The notes under the pieces are model-generated. The model saw nothing but the letters and a program-made list of their open reading frames with translations, searched no databases and was not told the origin of the DNA. The translations under genes were made by a program, and so were the position numbers. A stretch of DNA of 36,419 nucleotides from Gammaproteobacteria bacterium (GTDB lineage Bacteria; Pseudomonadota; Gammaproteobacteria; JBGSLN01): the NCBI GenBank assembly GCA_041740675.1, contig JBGSLN010000132.1, positions 1 to 36,419 on the forward strand. Direction: 5' to 3'. Of the stretch, positions 17,357-26,557 are shown piece after piece. Each line of letters opens with the position of its first letter. Position 1 is the stretch's first letter.

Positions 17357-18210
17357 ATGAAGAAAAATCGTTATCTCGTTTCAGACATTATTAATTTGAG
17401 CTTTAACTCCAATAAAATGGCCTTTGTTTCTGGGCCACGACAAGTGGGTAAAACTACAATGGCCAAAGCATTGTTGAAACAGAGAGAAGTAGGGCAATAT
17501 TACAATTGGGATGAAATTAAGTTTCGTAGGATTTGGACTAAAGATCCAGTCTCAATTATTCCAAAAGTGACGATCACACTAAACCATTAGTTGTTCTTGA
17601 TGAAATACATAAGGCAAAGCTTTGGAAGCGAAGTCTAAAAGGTGTTTATGATACTTTAGAAAAACCCTGCGACATTTTAGTGACAGGCAGTGCAAAATTG
17701 GATATTTATCGCAAGGGCAGCGACAGTTTGTTAGGGCGTTATTATACTTTTCGGCTGCATCCTTTTTCATTAGCTGAACTAGATTCTAAGCAAAAGTTAA
17801 TCAAGCAGGGGGACTTATTAAATAGTTTGTTTGATGACTCCATTCAAACTAATAAAGGAACTATGGAAATATTTCAACAGTTGGAAACTTGGGGACCATT
17901 TCCTGAGCCGCTATTCGCACAATCTATGCAACAATTATATTTGTGGCAGCGTAATCGCATTGAGAGATTAATTCGAGAAGATTTGCGTGATATCAGCCGC
18001 TTACCTGAATTGAGTCAAGTTGAGATGCTGGCAAGTTTATTGCCAGAACGAGCAGCTAATCCTTCAAGCCTTAATTCGCTAAGTGGTGATTTAGAAGTTG
18101 CATTTAATACCATTAAACGTTGGTTAGAGTATTTAAAAGCATTGTATTATCATTATGAAATAAAGCCATATTATAAATCGCTCACTCGGGCATTAGCCAA
18201 ATATTTTTAA
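17357..18210 (+). pseudogene. Decayed AAA_14/DUF4143-type ATPase gene, frameshifted and 3'-truncated
   Basis: The Walker A motif GPRQVGKTT is in frame 2 (ORF 17330-17590). The expected continuation SDDHTKPLVVLDEIHKAKLWKRSLKGVYDTLEKPCDILVTGSAKLD is in frame 1, which is open from 17542, so there is a +/-1 shift near the A4 run at 17563-17566. The reading frame ends at ...SLTRALAKYF, where the DUF4143 part would normally continue. Confidence 0.75.
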
Positions 18211-18331
18211 AATTCATAAAAGAGACAAATATGAAATATTAATTATTAGTGTAGATAAATTTTTAAGTTATTTAATATAGGGTCTGTTGAAATTTCTATC
18301 TCGGCCAAGCGAAATGTCAATAGACGCTAGC

Positions 18332-19639
18332 TTACAACCGCAAAATTGATTTGAAATTTAATTCCAATTTACTTAATTCTAGTTGGTTCATGAACAAGGA
18401 AAAACTCATCCATGAACTCAATGGTGCTAAATCAGAAAATTGAGGTGGTAAAAAACGCGGCGGCACAATAATTTTTTCATCAAGTAAGTCTAAAAATAAA
18501 GGCAAATCCTCTAATACTGTTTTACCTAAAAAAAGCAATGGGATATGCGCCAAGGCCCCATGTTTTATTGCGATACGAAGAAAATTATAAATCAAGACAA
18601 ACCCTTTGGTATATGCTAAATCTTTAGTAAACGGCCCTAAGTTTGGCAGACTGCCACGAAAAATACGAGAAGTTAATTGATAGCTTTCATCTTCATTACT
18701 ACCGGTCGATAAGAAATAACGAAAAACTTCAAGAAAATCAGCACCATGTTCAGCCATATTGATCCCTACAATTCGATTGGCTAATTTCTGCAAACGAGCG
18801 GGATGTGAGCGAAAAGTAAATAATTCCATGATAACTGCTAAACCTTCTTGAGTAATGGTTGCAGAGGGCGGGCCTTTACTTAAGAAAGTACACACGGGTT
18901 GGCACATGCCATTGAATGTTGTACCTAAATGAACCCAGCCTTCGTGCACTTCTAGAAGATCTACCTCACGATGAGTGAATTGTGCATCCGATCGTAACTT
19001 AATCACTTCAGCACCTGCGGCCGCATCAGCAACAACTTGATCACTCACTGTTACCATATCTTTGTCATTACCAATATTGTCTTGAAAATAGTCTTTTAAC
19101 CGAATATTAAGAATACCTTTTGCTTCTTCAGCAGTGTATATAGTGGTATCTTTTTCTGAAACAATTTTCTTTGTGAGTGCAGGGATAGTTTTTTGCAAGA
19201 TATCTGCAAGATTTAAAATACTGGGTCCGCCTGCATAAAATACGTCATCGGCACTACCATAGAGTGCTTTAGCATATTTATGAAAATCAGGTTTACCGCG
19301 TTTATTAATGAGGTGTAATACTAATTTATATTCACGGCACATCCGTTGCATAATTTGGCTTAAACTACTTAGTTTTCCTAACTTATTAATAATTTTTAAC
19401 TCAAGATCTTCTAATTCAGCGTGTTTATCCATTGGATCGAAGCTAAGACTTTTTTTAGTGTAATATTCAAGGGTCACATTAGGCAATTCTTCGCATTTAT
19501 TTTTGAAAAATTCTTGTTTAATTGAATCTTCCCATTTTATGCTATCCAAAATACGAATTGGTCGTTGTACTTGAATAAGTTCTTCTGACAAATCTTTAAT
19601 AGTTTGCATTTCTTGAGTAAGAGCATTTTTATTTTTCAT
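18332..19639 (-). CDS. QEGLA-motif protein (DUF1704 / MATCAP-like metallocarboxypeptidase family)
   Basis: The literal QEGLA motif is present (TQEGLAVIMELF). An HExxxH motif, HEGWVH, is encoded at 18929-18946. The protein is 435 aa and starts 33 nt after the RND permease stop on the same strand. Confidence 0.85.
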   Translation of the reverse strand: MKNKNALTQEMQTIKDLSEELIQVQRPIRILDSIKWEDSIKQEFFKNKCEELPNVTLEYYTKKSLSFDPMDKHAELEDLELKIINKLGKLSSLSQIMQRMCREYKLVLHLINKRGKPDFHKYAKALYGSADDVFYAGGPSILNLADILQKTIPALTKKIVSEKDTTIYTAEEAKGILNIRLKDYFQDNIGNDKDMVTVSDQVVADAAAGAEVIKLRSDAQFTHREVDLLEVHEGWVHLGTTFNGMCQPVCTFLSKGPPSATITQEGLAVIMELFTFRSHPARLQKLANRIVGINMAEHGADFLEVFRYFLSTGSNEDESYQLTSRIFRGSLPNLGPFTKDLAYTKGFVLIYNFLRIAIKHGALAHIPLLFLGKTVLEDLPLFLDLLDEKIIVPPRFLPPQFSDLAPLSSWMSFSLFMNQLELSKLELNFKSILRL

Positions 19640-19672
19640 AATAAAAGAATTCCATTCTGAAGATAAAAATAA

Positions 19673-22600
19673 TTATAATTCATTCTCAGCTAACAAAATA
19701 TGTTTTCTTTTTAATTTATTTAGCAGTAAGTACGCTACAGGCACAACAAACAATGAAAAAAACGTACCCACAATTAAACCAGCAATCACTACCCAGCCAA
19801 TCTGACTACGGCTATTAGAACCAATACCCGTAGAAAATACTAGAGGAATTGCGCCTACTATCATTGTAGCAGACGTCATCAAAATGGGACGAATTCGAAT
19901 GCTAGCAGCTTCAATAATAGCTTCCAAAGCCGAAACTTTTTTGCTAATTAGAATATCATTCGCAAATTGCGTGATCAAAACGCCATGTTTAGAAACTAAA
20001 CCTATCAAGGTAACAAGACCGATACCTGTATAGATATTCAGCGATCCATCAATAAAATAGAGCATAGTAAGAGCACCAATAATACAAAGTGGCACAGTTA
20101 ATAAAATAATTAAGGGGTCAATAAAACTTTCAAACATCGCTGCTAATACTAAATATATAAATATGATACCTAAAGCAAATATCAGCGTAAGCATATAGTT
20201 ACCTGTTAGAATGTCTAATTCACTTTGACTAAAAGTAACATTCATGCCAGGTGGTAAAGCACTCTTAGCAATGCTTTGTATTGCTGCAATAACTTGGCCA
20301 GTAGTATATTGCGATTTAGCGACTACATCTATCTCACCAGCACGAGCGCTGTTAATATGCGTTCGCAACGGTAACTCGATAATCGGTTTTATTGTCAATA
20401 AACGCGTTAAACTAATTTGTTGTCCCGAAATATTTTTTACGTAAATATCTTTGAGGATATTTAAATCTTTTAAATCACTCGCTGGTAGTTGTACGATGAC
20501 AGGATAATTAACACCGTTAAATTGATAGCCAGTAGAAAAAGTATAACCGCCTAAAAAAGTACTGAGCGCTGTGTCAATATCATTAATATTCACTCCTAAT
20601 TCAGAAGCCTTAATTCGATCAATATGGATATCAATTTGTTGACTATTATATTTTAAATTATTTTGAACTTGTTGAAACATTCCAGTATTTTCCAATGCAG
20701 CGACATAAGTAGTGATATCATTAGCTAATTCTGTATAATCCGCATAACCAGTAACATATGCACTCACTTGGCCAGGCTGTTGTCCATCGGAATTGTCATT
20801 ATTAACATTCATTGCAACAGAAAAAACTTGAGCATTAGTTAAATTTTTAAATAAGTCACCAAATTGACTGGCAATTTTCATATTTGCATCAAAACCTGTA
20901 TAAGCTGGTTTTAATTCAATAATATTCATGCCGAAGTTACTGTCATTACCTGTTCCTCCGCCAAACGACATGATACTTTTCGTTGCTGGTTGTGCAAGTA
21001 ACTCCGCAATAACTTTTTTTGCAATCGCTTCAGTAAAAGCCACACTGGCCGTTTGTTGAGTTTGTATTCCAAGAAAAATATAGCCGCCATATTCCTCTGG
21101 AATTAAAGTAGTTGGCAATTCTTTAAAAACAAAAATGCCTACAACAAACAACCCAATAAAAAGACTGATAGGCAGCCATTTATGTTGCAAAATCCAAAGT
21201 AGCATCTTTTTATAATTGGTACGTAATGTATTGAAAATAGTCTCTAAAATTGCATCGTAGCCATGGGCGCCAATTTTTGTCATTAACCGAGAACACATCA
21301 TTGGTGTTAATGTTAAGGCAATAATACCAGAAATAAATACCGCACCGGCGAGGGTAAATGCAAATTGTTGGAAAAACACAGCGGTTTTGCCACGCATAAA
21401 TGCCGTAAGAATGTAAACAGCAATAATAGAAACGGTCATTCCAATTACAGGAAATGTAATTTCTTTCATACTTTTAATAGCTGCATCAAACGCAGATAAT
21501 CCATTTTCTACATGACGGTGACAATTTTCTAACACGACAATTGCATCATCTACTACAAGACCGACAGCTAATACCAGCGCTAACAATGTCATTAAATTAA
21601 TATTAAATCCTAATAACCACATAATACTAAATGAGGAGATGATACAAATTGGAATAGTCACTATCGGGATCATGGCAAAACGCCAACGACCTAAAAATAA
21701 TAATGTTACTAATGCAACTAAAATAATCGCTTCGAATATAGTCCAAAAAACTTCCTCGACAGAATGCTGAATTAATTGTGCTTGGTCCCATAACATATGC
21801 ACTTGCATTCCTGGTGGGAATGAATTTTGCATTGTTCCAATTAAAGTTCTTAATTCTTTACCAACCGCTATTGGATTAGCATCATTGGCAGCAACAATTC
21901 CAATGCCAACACCTTGTACCCCATTATAAAATGTATAGGCGCCGCCAAAACTATCACTGGCAATAGCAACCTTTGCAACGTCCTGTAACCGCACAACTCG
22001 ATCAGCGGTTTGTTGAATAATAACATTTTGAAATTGTTTGATGCTCTCTAATTGGGATTCTAAATTTATAGGGATGGTCTGTTCTGTATTAATCAAAGTG
22101 CCTGCTTGAAGAGAAATATTATTATTCTTTAATGCATTCAACACATCAGTGACAGTAATATTTTGTTCTGCCATATTAATTGGATTTAAATTTACCCGCA
22201 GAGCATCGGATGTTGACCATTGTTGCACTTTTCCCACACCAGGAGCTTGTTGTAAACGACGGACAATATTATTTTGCACATAATCCACCAATGCATGTTG
22301 TCCCATTTTCGGATCTGATATTGCAAAGACCATCAGCTGTGGGCCGTTATTGCTAGAGGAAGCAATTTGAGCAGGATTTGCATTATTAGGTAATTGAACT
22401 TGATTAATAGCTTGCATGACTGCAGATTGTGCAGTGAGAAATTCTTCTTGAGTAATATTTTTGAAAGATAGATCAATCTCAGCAAAGCTTTGTGAAGAGC
22501 TTGACATGGTGAATGATAAATAAGGAGTCGTTCGTAATACATTTTCCAAAGGGATGGTAATATTCTTTTCCATGAATTCAGCACTGCTGCCAGGTGCTTC

Positions 22601-22747
22601 AACGGTTACAACTAATTTTGGACGAAATACAACTGGATTTGCACTTAGGCTTAGTTGTTCTAAACCTAATAATCCTAATAAAACTAAGATTAAACTAATG
22701 ACTGTGGTAAAGACAGGTCTATCAATACATATTTTTGAAATGTTCAT
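19673..22747 (-). CDS. RND efflux permease (AcrB/Mdt-like, HAE-1)
   Basis: The protein is about 1020 aa. It begins with the typical N-terminus MNISKICIDRPVFTTVISLILVLLG and shows two large periplasmic loops and 12 TM segments. I moved the start from the ORF-track 22825 to the ATG at 22747. Confidence 0.9.
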   Translation of the reverse strand: MNISKICIDRPVFTTVISLILVLLGLLGLEQLSLSANPVVFRPKLVVTVEAPGSSAEFMEKNITIPLENVLRTTPYLSFTMSSSSQSFAEIDLSFKNITQEEFLTAQSAVMQAINQVQLPNNANPAQIASSSNNGPQLMVFAISDPKMGQHALVDYVQNNIVRRLQQAPGVGKVQQWSTSDALRVNLNPINMAEQNITVTDVLNALKNNNISLQAGTLINTEQTIPINLESQLESIKQFQNVIIQQTADRVVRLQDVAKVAIASDSFGGAYTFYNGVQGVGIGIVAANDANPIAVGKELRTLIGTMQNSFPPGMQVHMLWDQAQLIQHSVEEVFWTIFEAIILVALVTLLFLGRWRFAMIPIVTIPICIISSFSIMWLLGFNINLMTLLALVLAVGLVVDDAIVVLENCHRHVENGLSAFDAAIKSMKEITFPVIGMTVSIIAVYILTAFMRGKTAVFFQQFAFTLAGAVFISGIIALTLTPMMCSRLMTKIGAHGYDAILETIFNTLRTNYKKMLLWILQHKWLPISLFIGLFVVGIFVFKELPTTLIPEEYGGYIFLGIQTQQTASVAFTEAIAKKVIAELLAQPATKSIMSFGGGTGNDSNFGMNIIELKPAYTGFDANMKIASQFGDLFKNLTNAQVFSVAMNVNNDNSDGQQPGQVSAYVTGYADYTELANDITTYVAALENTGMFQQVQNNLKYNSQQIDIHIDRIKASELGVNINDIDTALSTFLGGYTFSTGYQFNGVNYPVIVQLPASDLKDLNILKDIYVKNISGQQISLTRLLTIKPIIELPLRTHINSARAGEIDVVAKSQYTTGQVIAAIQSIAKSALPPGMNVTFSQSELDILTGNYMLTLIFALGIIFIYLVLAAMFESFIDPLIILLTVPLCIIGALTMLYFIDGSLNIYTGIGLVTLIGLVSKHGVLITQFANDILISKKVSALEAIIEAASIRIRPILMTSATMIVGAIPLVFSTGIGSNSRSQIGWVVIAGLIVGTFFSLFVVPVAYLLLNKLKRKHILLAENEL

Positions 22748-22787
22748 TCGTCTTTTTGCTCTTATGATTTCTTGCTCGAGAACATCA

Positions 22788-23888
22788 CTATTTTGTAATT
22801 TGCACAGCCATCCCTGGATGCACAATTAAAGCTCCACTGGTAATAACTTGATCTCCAAGTTTTAAACCAGATTTAATTGCTACGAGATTATTGTATCGCT
22901 GACCAATAATAACAGGTACTTCTTTGACTTTTGAATCCTCAATGGTGTAAACCGAATATCCTGATAGGGAGGAGACTAAACATAAACCAGGTATAGCTAG
23001 TATTTGCTGTTTTGGATCAATGGCTTGTGTGATTGAAACATTCATCCCAGATCTTAGCAGTGGATTTGGATTGTCGATACTTGCAACTACATCATAAGCT
23101 TGATTACTTTGATAGACCACGGGAGAAATATATTTCACCGAACCAGTGAATATTTGGTTTGGAAAGGCACTAATTTTGATTGTTACTGGTTGGCCAATTT
23201 GTAATTTCGAACTGTAATTTTGTGCGACTTGATATTGAACAAACATGTGTTGTGGATTAGATAATATTGCAACTGGCGAGCCAGCGGGTAAATAACTACC
23301 AATATTTAATTGCACTGGTTCATTCAGAGGTGTTCCTACAGTAGCGACTGGATCAGATATTTGTTCTGGAATACCAATAGTTCCATCGAAAGGGGCTGTC
23401 ACTTGAGTGAAACTTAATTGCTGTTTTGCAGCTTGCCATTGTGCTTTTGCAGCGATCATTAAATTTTCTTTTTGTGAAAGCATATCAGCAGAAACAGCAG
23501 AGTTATCAAGTTTTACTAGTTTTTTATAACGGTCATACTGAGTTTTCAAATTAATGTAATTCGCATATTGTTGTGCTACTTGCGCTTGCGCAGCAGTCGG
23601 ATCAAGCTGTAATAGTAGTTGACCTTTAGTGACAGTTTGACCGCTTTTGAAATAAATATTTGTGACAACACCATCAGTTTGTGTTTTTAACATGATAGTT
23701 TCAGGAGCGACAATTTGGCCTAAGGCTTTAACAGTCAGAGGAATGGTTTTTAAGGAGGCTGCTACGACTGAAACTAAAGTGGGTTGTGTAGCAGGGGGAG
23801 TACTCTGAGCATTGCGATGCCAAAGCCAAAATCCTGCTCCTAGCGCAATTAGAATGATAATGGTTATTAAAACATACAAACGTTTCAT
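22788..23888 (-). CDS. RND efflux periplasmic adaptor (membrane fusion protein)
   Basis: An N-terminal anchor is followed by a lipoyl/beta-barrel pattern, a coiled-coil hairpin (AAQAQVAQQYANYINLKTQYDRYKKL) and a C-terminal beta domain. It lies immediately upstream of the RND permease. Confidence 0.9.
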   Translation of the reverse strand: MKRLYVLITIIILIALGAGFWLWHRNAQSTPPATQPTLVSVVAASLKTIPLTVKALGQIVAPETIMLKTQTDGVVTNIYFKSGQTVTKGQLLLQLDPTAAQAQVAQQYANYINLKTQYDRYKKLVKLDNSAVSADMLSQKENLMIAAKAQWQAAKQQLSFTQVTAPFDGTIGIPEQISDPVATVGTPLNEPVQLNIGSYLPAGSPVAILSNPQHMFVQYQVAQNYSSKLQIGQPVTIKISAFPNQIFTGSVKYISPVVYQSNQAYDVVASIDNPNPLLRSGMNVSITQAIDPKQQILAIPGLCLVSSLSGYSVYTIEDSKVKEVPVIIGQRYNNLVAIKSGLKLGDQVITSGALIVHPGMAVQITK

Positions 23889-23975
23889 TGGACGATGTCA
23901 CTACTGGAAATTAGATGAGTATTATTACATAATTCCATAGGAAATTCATTAAAGAAGTTTGTCTGAGAGAAGAAG

Positions 23976-24311
23976 ATGCAAGAAATCAATTGGCATGATT
24001 TTACTAAAATTGAATTGCGTGTGGGTACAATTATTGCAGCAGAAATATTTAAAGAAGCGCATAAGCCAGCCTATAAACTGCAAGTAGATTTTGGTGAGGA
24101 AATTGGGATAAAAAAATCGAGTGCCCAAATTACAGAAGTATATACTGTTGATGAGTTGATTGGCCGACAAGTAATCGCAGTAGTTAATTTCCCAACGAAA
24201 CAAATTGGACCTATTCGATCTGAAGTTTTGGTTACTGGTTTTCACTGTGATGCAGGAGTTGTATTAGCTGTACCAGATAAAGTTGTGAAAAATGGTGCAA
24301 AGCTAGCATAA
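23976..24311 (+). CDS. tRNA-binding domain protein (CsaA/YgjH-like)
   Basis: The 111-aa OB-fold protein has DFTKIELRVGTII...AYKLQVDFGEE...SAQIT...LIGRQVIAVVNF, typical of the CsaA/EMAP-II-like tRNA-binding domain. Confidence 0.85.
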   Translation: MQEINWHDFTKIELRVGTIIAAEIFKEAHKPAYKLQVDFGEEIGIKKSSAQITEVYTVDELIGRQVIAVVNFPTKQIGPIRSEVLVTGFHCDAGVVLAVPDKVVKNGAKLA

Positions 24312-24336
24312 GTCATATTTTTGTTACAAACGCTCC

Positions 24337-24397
24337 TGTCACCCTGAGCGTAGCGAAGGATCTCCATCTAACTGCCCATGCTTCGTTCGCAATGACA
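24337..24397. repeat. GC-rich imperfect palindrome between convergent genes (possible terminator or miniature repeat-element remnant)
   Basis: The arms are TGTCA(24337-41)...GCGTAGCGAAG(24348-58) and CTTCGTTCGC(24381-90)...TGACA(24393-97). The composition stands out from the AT-rich surroundings. Confidence 0.3.
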
Positions 24398-24417
24398 ATG
24401 GTTCTTCATAAATCTGA

Positions 24418-25080
24418 TTATTTTACAGGAGAAACTTTTGGTTCTTTTTCAACTTCATCAGGTCGTTGATAAGAAATAGGCACATTTAATCCACGTTTAA
24501 CTGCTGGTCTTGTTAAGATACGTTCATGCCACGCAGATAGATGTTTAAATGGCGTAATATCAATGCCTGCCCAATTATGAATATCGATCCATGGAAAGGT
24601 TGCAATATCAGCGATAGAATATTCGTCGGCTAAATATTCTTGTTTGGCTAATTGCTTGTCTAATACACCATATAATCGTAAAGTTTCAGTTTGATAACGG
24701 TTAATTGCAAATGGGATCTTTTCATCCAGGTAACGTAGAAATACATGAGTTTGACCTTGCATCGGCCCAATACCACTCATTTGGAACATTAACCACTGCA
24801 TGACTTGTGAACGTTTGAATTTATCTTTAGGTAAAAATTCACCGTATTTTTCTGCTAGGTAAATCAAAATTGCACCTGATTCAAATACCACAAAATCATT
24901 AGATTGATGATCAATAATGACTGGAATACGACCATTCAAGTTTAGTTTTAAAAACCATTCTTCTTTTTGTTCATTGCTTTTCAGGTCAATATATTTGAAG
25001 TGATAGGGTGCTTCTAGTTCTTCTAATAAGATGGAAATCTTACGGCCATTAGGAGTTGCAGCAGTAAATAATTCAATCAT
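24418..25080 (-). CDS. Glutathione S-transferase, Nu-class (YfcG/YghU-like)
   Basis: The N-terminus MIELFTAATPNGRKISILLEELEAPY...LNLNGRIPVIIDH closely resembles the YfcG-type thioredoxin-like N-domain. The C-terminal domain is helical. Confidence 0.85.
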   Translation of the reverse strand: MIELFTAATPNGRKISILLEELEAPYHFKYIDLKSNEQKEEWFLKLNLNGRIPVIIDHQSNDFVVFESGAILIYLAEKYGEFLPKDKFKRSQVMQWLMFQMSGIGPMQGQTHVFLRYLDEKIPFAINRYQTETLRLYGVLDKQLAKQEYLADEYSIADIATFPWIDIHNWAGIDITPFKHLSAWHERILTRPAVKRGLNVPISYQRPDEVEKEPKVSPVK

Positions 25081-25216
25081 GAGATTCCTCTGTTATCAAC
25101 GAATTGTAATTTATAGGTATTTTAGCAGTAAATTTTCACTGACAAAATAGTTTTATTGCAAGCAAAAAACCTGTAACATCAATTTCTCTTAATATAAGAC
25201 AACTCTGAAGAATAAC

Positions 25217-25696
25217 ATGGACATTTATCAATTCAACATAACAACGATTGAAGGAAAAACAATCACATTGGAACAATATAAAAATAAAGTGCTGTTGATT
25301 GTTAATGTAGCAAGTAAATGTGGTTTTACGCCACAGTATCAAGATTTACAAAAACTTTATGAAAAATACCATGAAAAAAATTTCGAAATACTCGCATTTC
25401 CTTGTAATCAATTTCTGCATCAAGAGCCAGGCGATAATGCAAGTATTAAAACTTTTTGCGAAACCAATTACCATATCAGCTTTCCTCTTTTTGCGAAAAT
25501 TGAAGTAAATGGTAATAATACTCACCCACTTTTTCAATATTTAAAAAATGCAGCACCAGGAATTTTTAATTCAAAAAAAATCAAATGGAACTTTACCAAA
25601 TTCTTAGTAGACTCTAATGGCGAAGTTATTAAACGTTTCGCTCCAAAGACTAAAATAAATAAAGTTGAAAATTATTTAATTAATCTTTATCGTTAA
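25217..25696 (+). CDS. Glutathione peroxidase (Cys-type)
   Basis: It has LIVNVASKCGFTPQY (active-site Cys), FPCNQF and KWNFTKFLV motifs. Confidence 0.9.
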   Translation: MDIYQFNITTIEGKTITLEQYKNKVLLIVNVASKCGFTPQYQDLQKLYEKYHEKNFEILAFPCNQFLHQEPGDNASIKTFCETNYHISFPLFAKIEVNGNNTHPLFQYLKNAAPGIFNSKKIKWNFTKFLVDSNGEVIKRFAPKTKINKVENYLINLYR

Positions 25697-26075
25697 ATTT
25701 TAAGGATAAAGAGTTAACACAATATCTTAACCCAGTAGTTTCAGGGCCATCATTAAATACATGACCTAAATGTGACTCACAGCGAGCACAAATTATTTCT
25801 GTGCGCTCTCCGCCATGACTCGTGTCTTGCCGTTCTTCTACGGCTGATTTTGAGCAGGGGCTATCAAAACTTGGCCAACCACTGCCAGACTCGTATTTAT
25901 TGTCTGAATTGAACAATTCATTTCCGCATGCTGCACATAAATAAATTCCTTTTCCATTGAAATGATAATATTTTCCTGATCCTGGCGCCTCAGTTGCACA
26001 CTTCCTAAGCACAGAAAATTGCTCTGCAGTTAAGTTTTTCTGCCATTCTTGCTCTGTTTTATGAATTTTTTTCAT
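25680..26075 (-). CDS. msrB: Peptide-methionine (R)-S-oxide reductase
   Basis: Two CxxC zinc motifs (CAACGNELF and CARCESHLGHVF), the GWPSF motif and the catalytic RYCVNS are present. The 3' end overlaps the GPx 3' end by 17 nt. Confidence 0.95.
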   Translation of the reverse strand: MKKIHKTEQEWQKNLTAEQFSVLRKCATEAPGSGKYYHFNGKGIYLCAACGNELFNSDNKYESGSGWPSFDSPCSKSAVEERQDTSHGGERTEIICARCESHLGHVFNDGPETTGLRYCVNSLSLKFNDKD

Positions 26076-26144
26076 GTTTTTCTCGATTTTTTAATTGGCT
26101 GCTATACTTCAAATAAAGATTATCATAAAAAGAGGAGGGGGATC

Positions 26145-26534
26145 ATGAAAAAATTAGCACTGATCTTATTATTGCCATGTGTGTTGTTGATTTCTGCATG
26201 TTCAAGTATGGATGAATTTATGTATGGTAATAATTCTTCTGATTGGAATGAGTACAACTTTCAAAATGCAAATGTAAATACAATCTTGGTACCAGGACAA
26301 GCCGGTCAGCATAATTATCAAGCCTCAAAAAAGTATTATGTTACTGCTGATGATCAGCAACAATATAATGCCCTTAATGATCGGATACAGAAGCATCAAC
26401 AGAACCTGCAAACACAAAGCACAACTTCTAATTCTACTAATTTAGGCAATGCTGCAACAGCACCACCTTTGCCAGCAACCACTATTCCCATGTCTGGCGA
26501 TAGCACAACGCAACAAGGTTTAAGTACTTATTAG
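26145..26534 (+). CDS. Small Gln/Asn/Thr-rich lipoprotein
   Basis: The ATG at 26145 is preceded by AGGAGG (26131-36). The signal peptide MKKLALILLLPCVLLISAC carries a lipobox. The ORF-track start at 26049 would add a non-signal extension overlapping msrB. Confidence 0.65.
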   Translation: MKKLALILLLPCVLLISACSSMDEFMYGNNSSDWNEYNFQNANVNTILVPGQAGQHNYQASKKYYVTADDQQQYNALNDRIQKHQQNLQTQSTTSNSTNLGNAATAPPLPATTIPMSGDSTTQQGLSTY

Positions 26535-26557
26535 AAAATATGAAGAGAAAAGGGAGA

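Noticed and set aside
23949-24245. A 98-aa minus-strand ORF overlapping the csaA-like gene
   Set aside because: The plus-strand ORF has an unmistakable tRNA-binding OB-fold sequence. The minus-strand product is low-complexity.
26049-26144. An N-terminal extension of the lipoprotein ORF (track start 26049) overlapping msrB
   Set aside because: The internal ATG at 26145 has a strong AGGAGG and yields a canonical lipoprotein signal peptide. The extension has neither.
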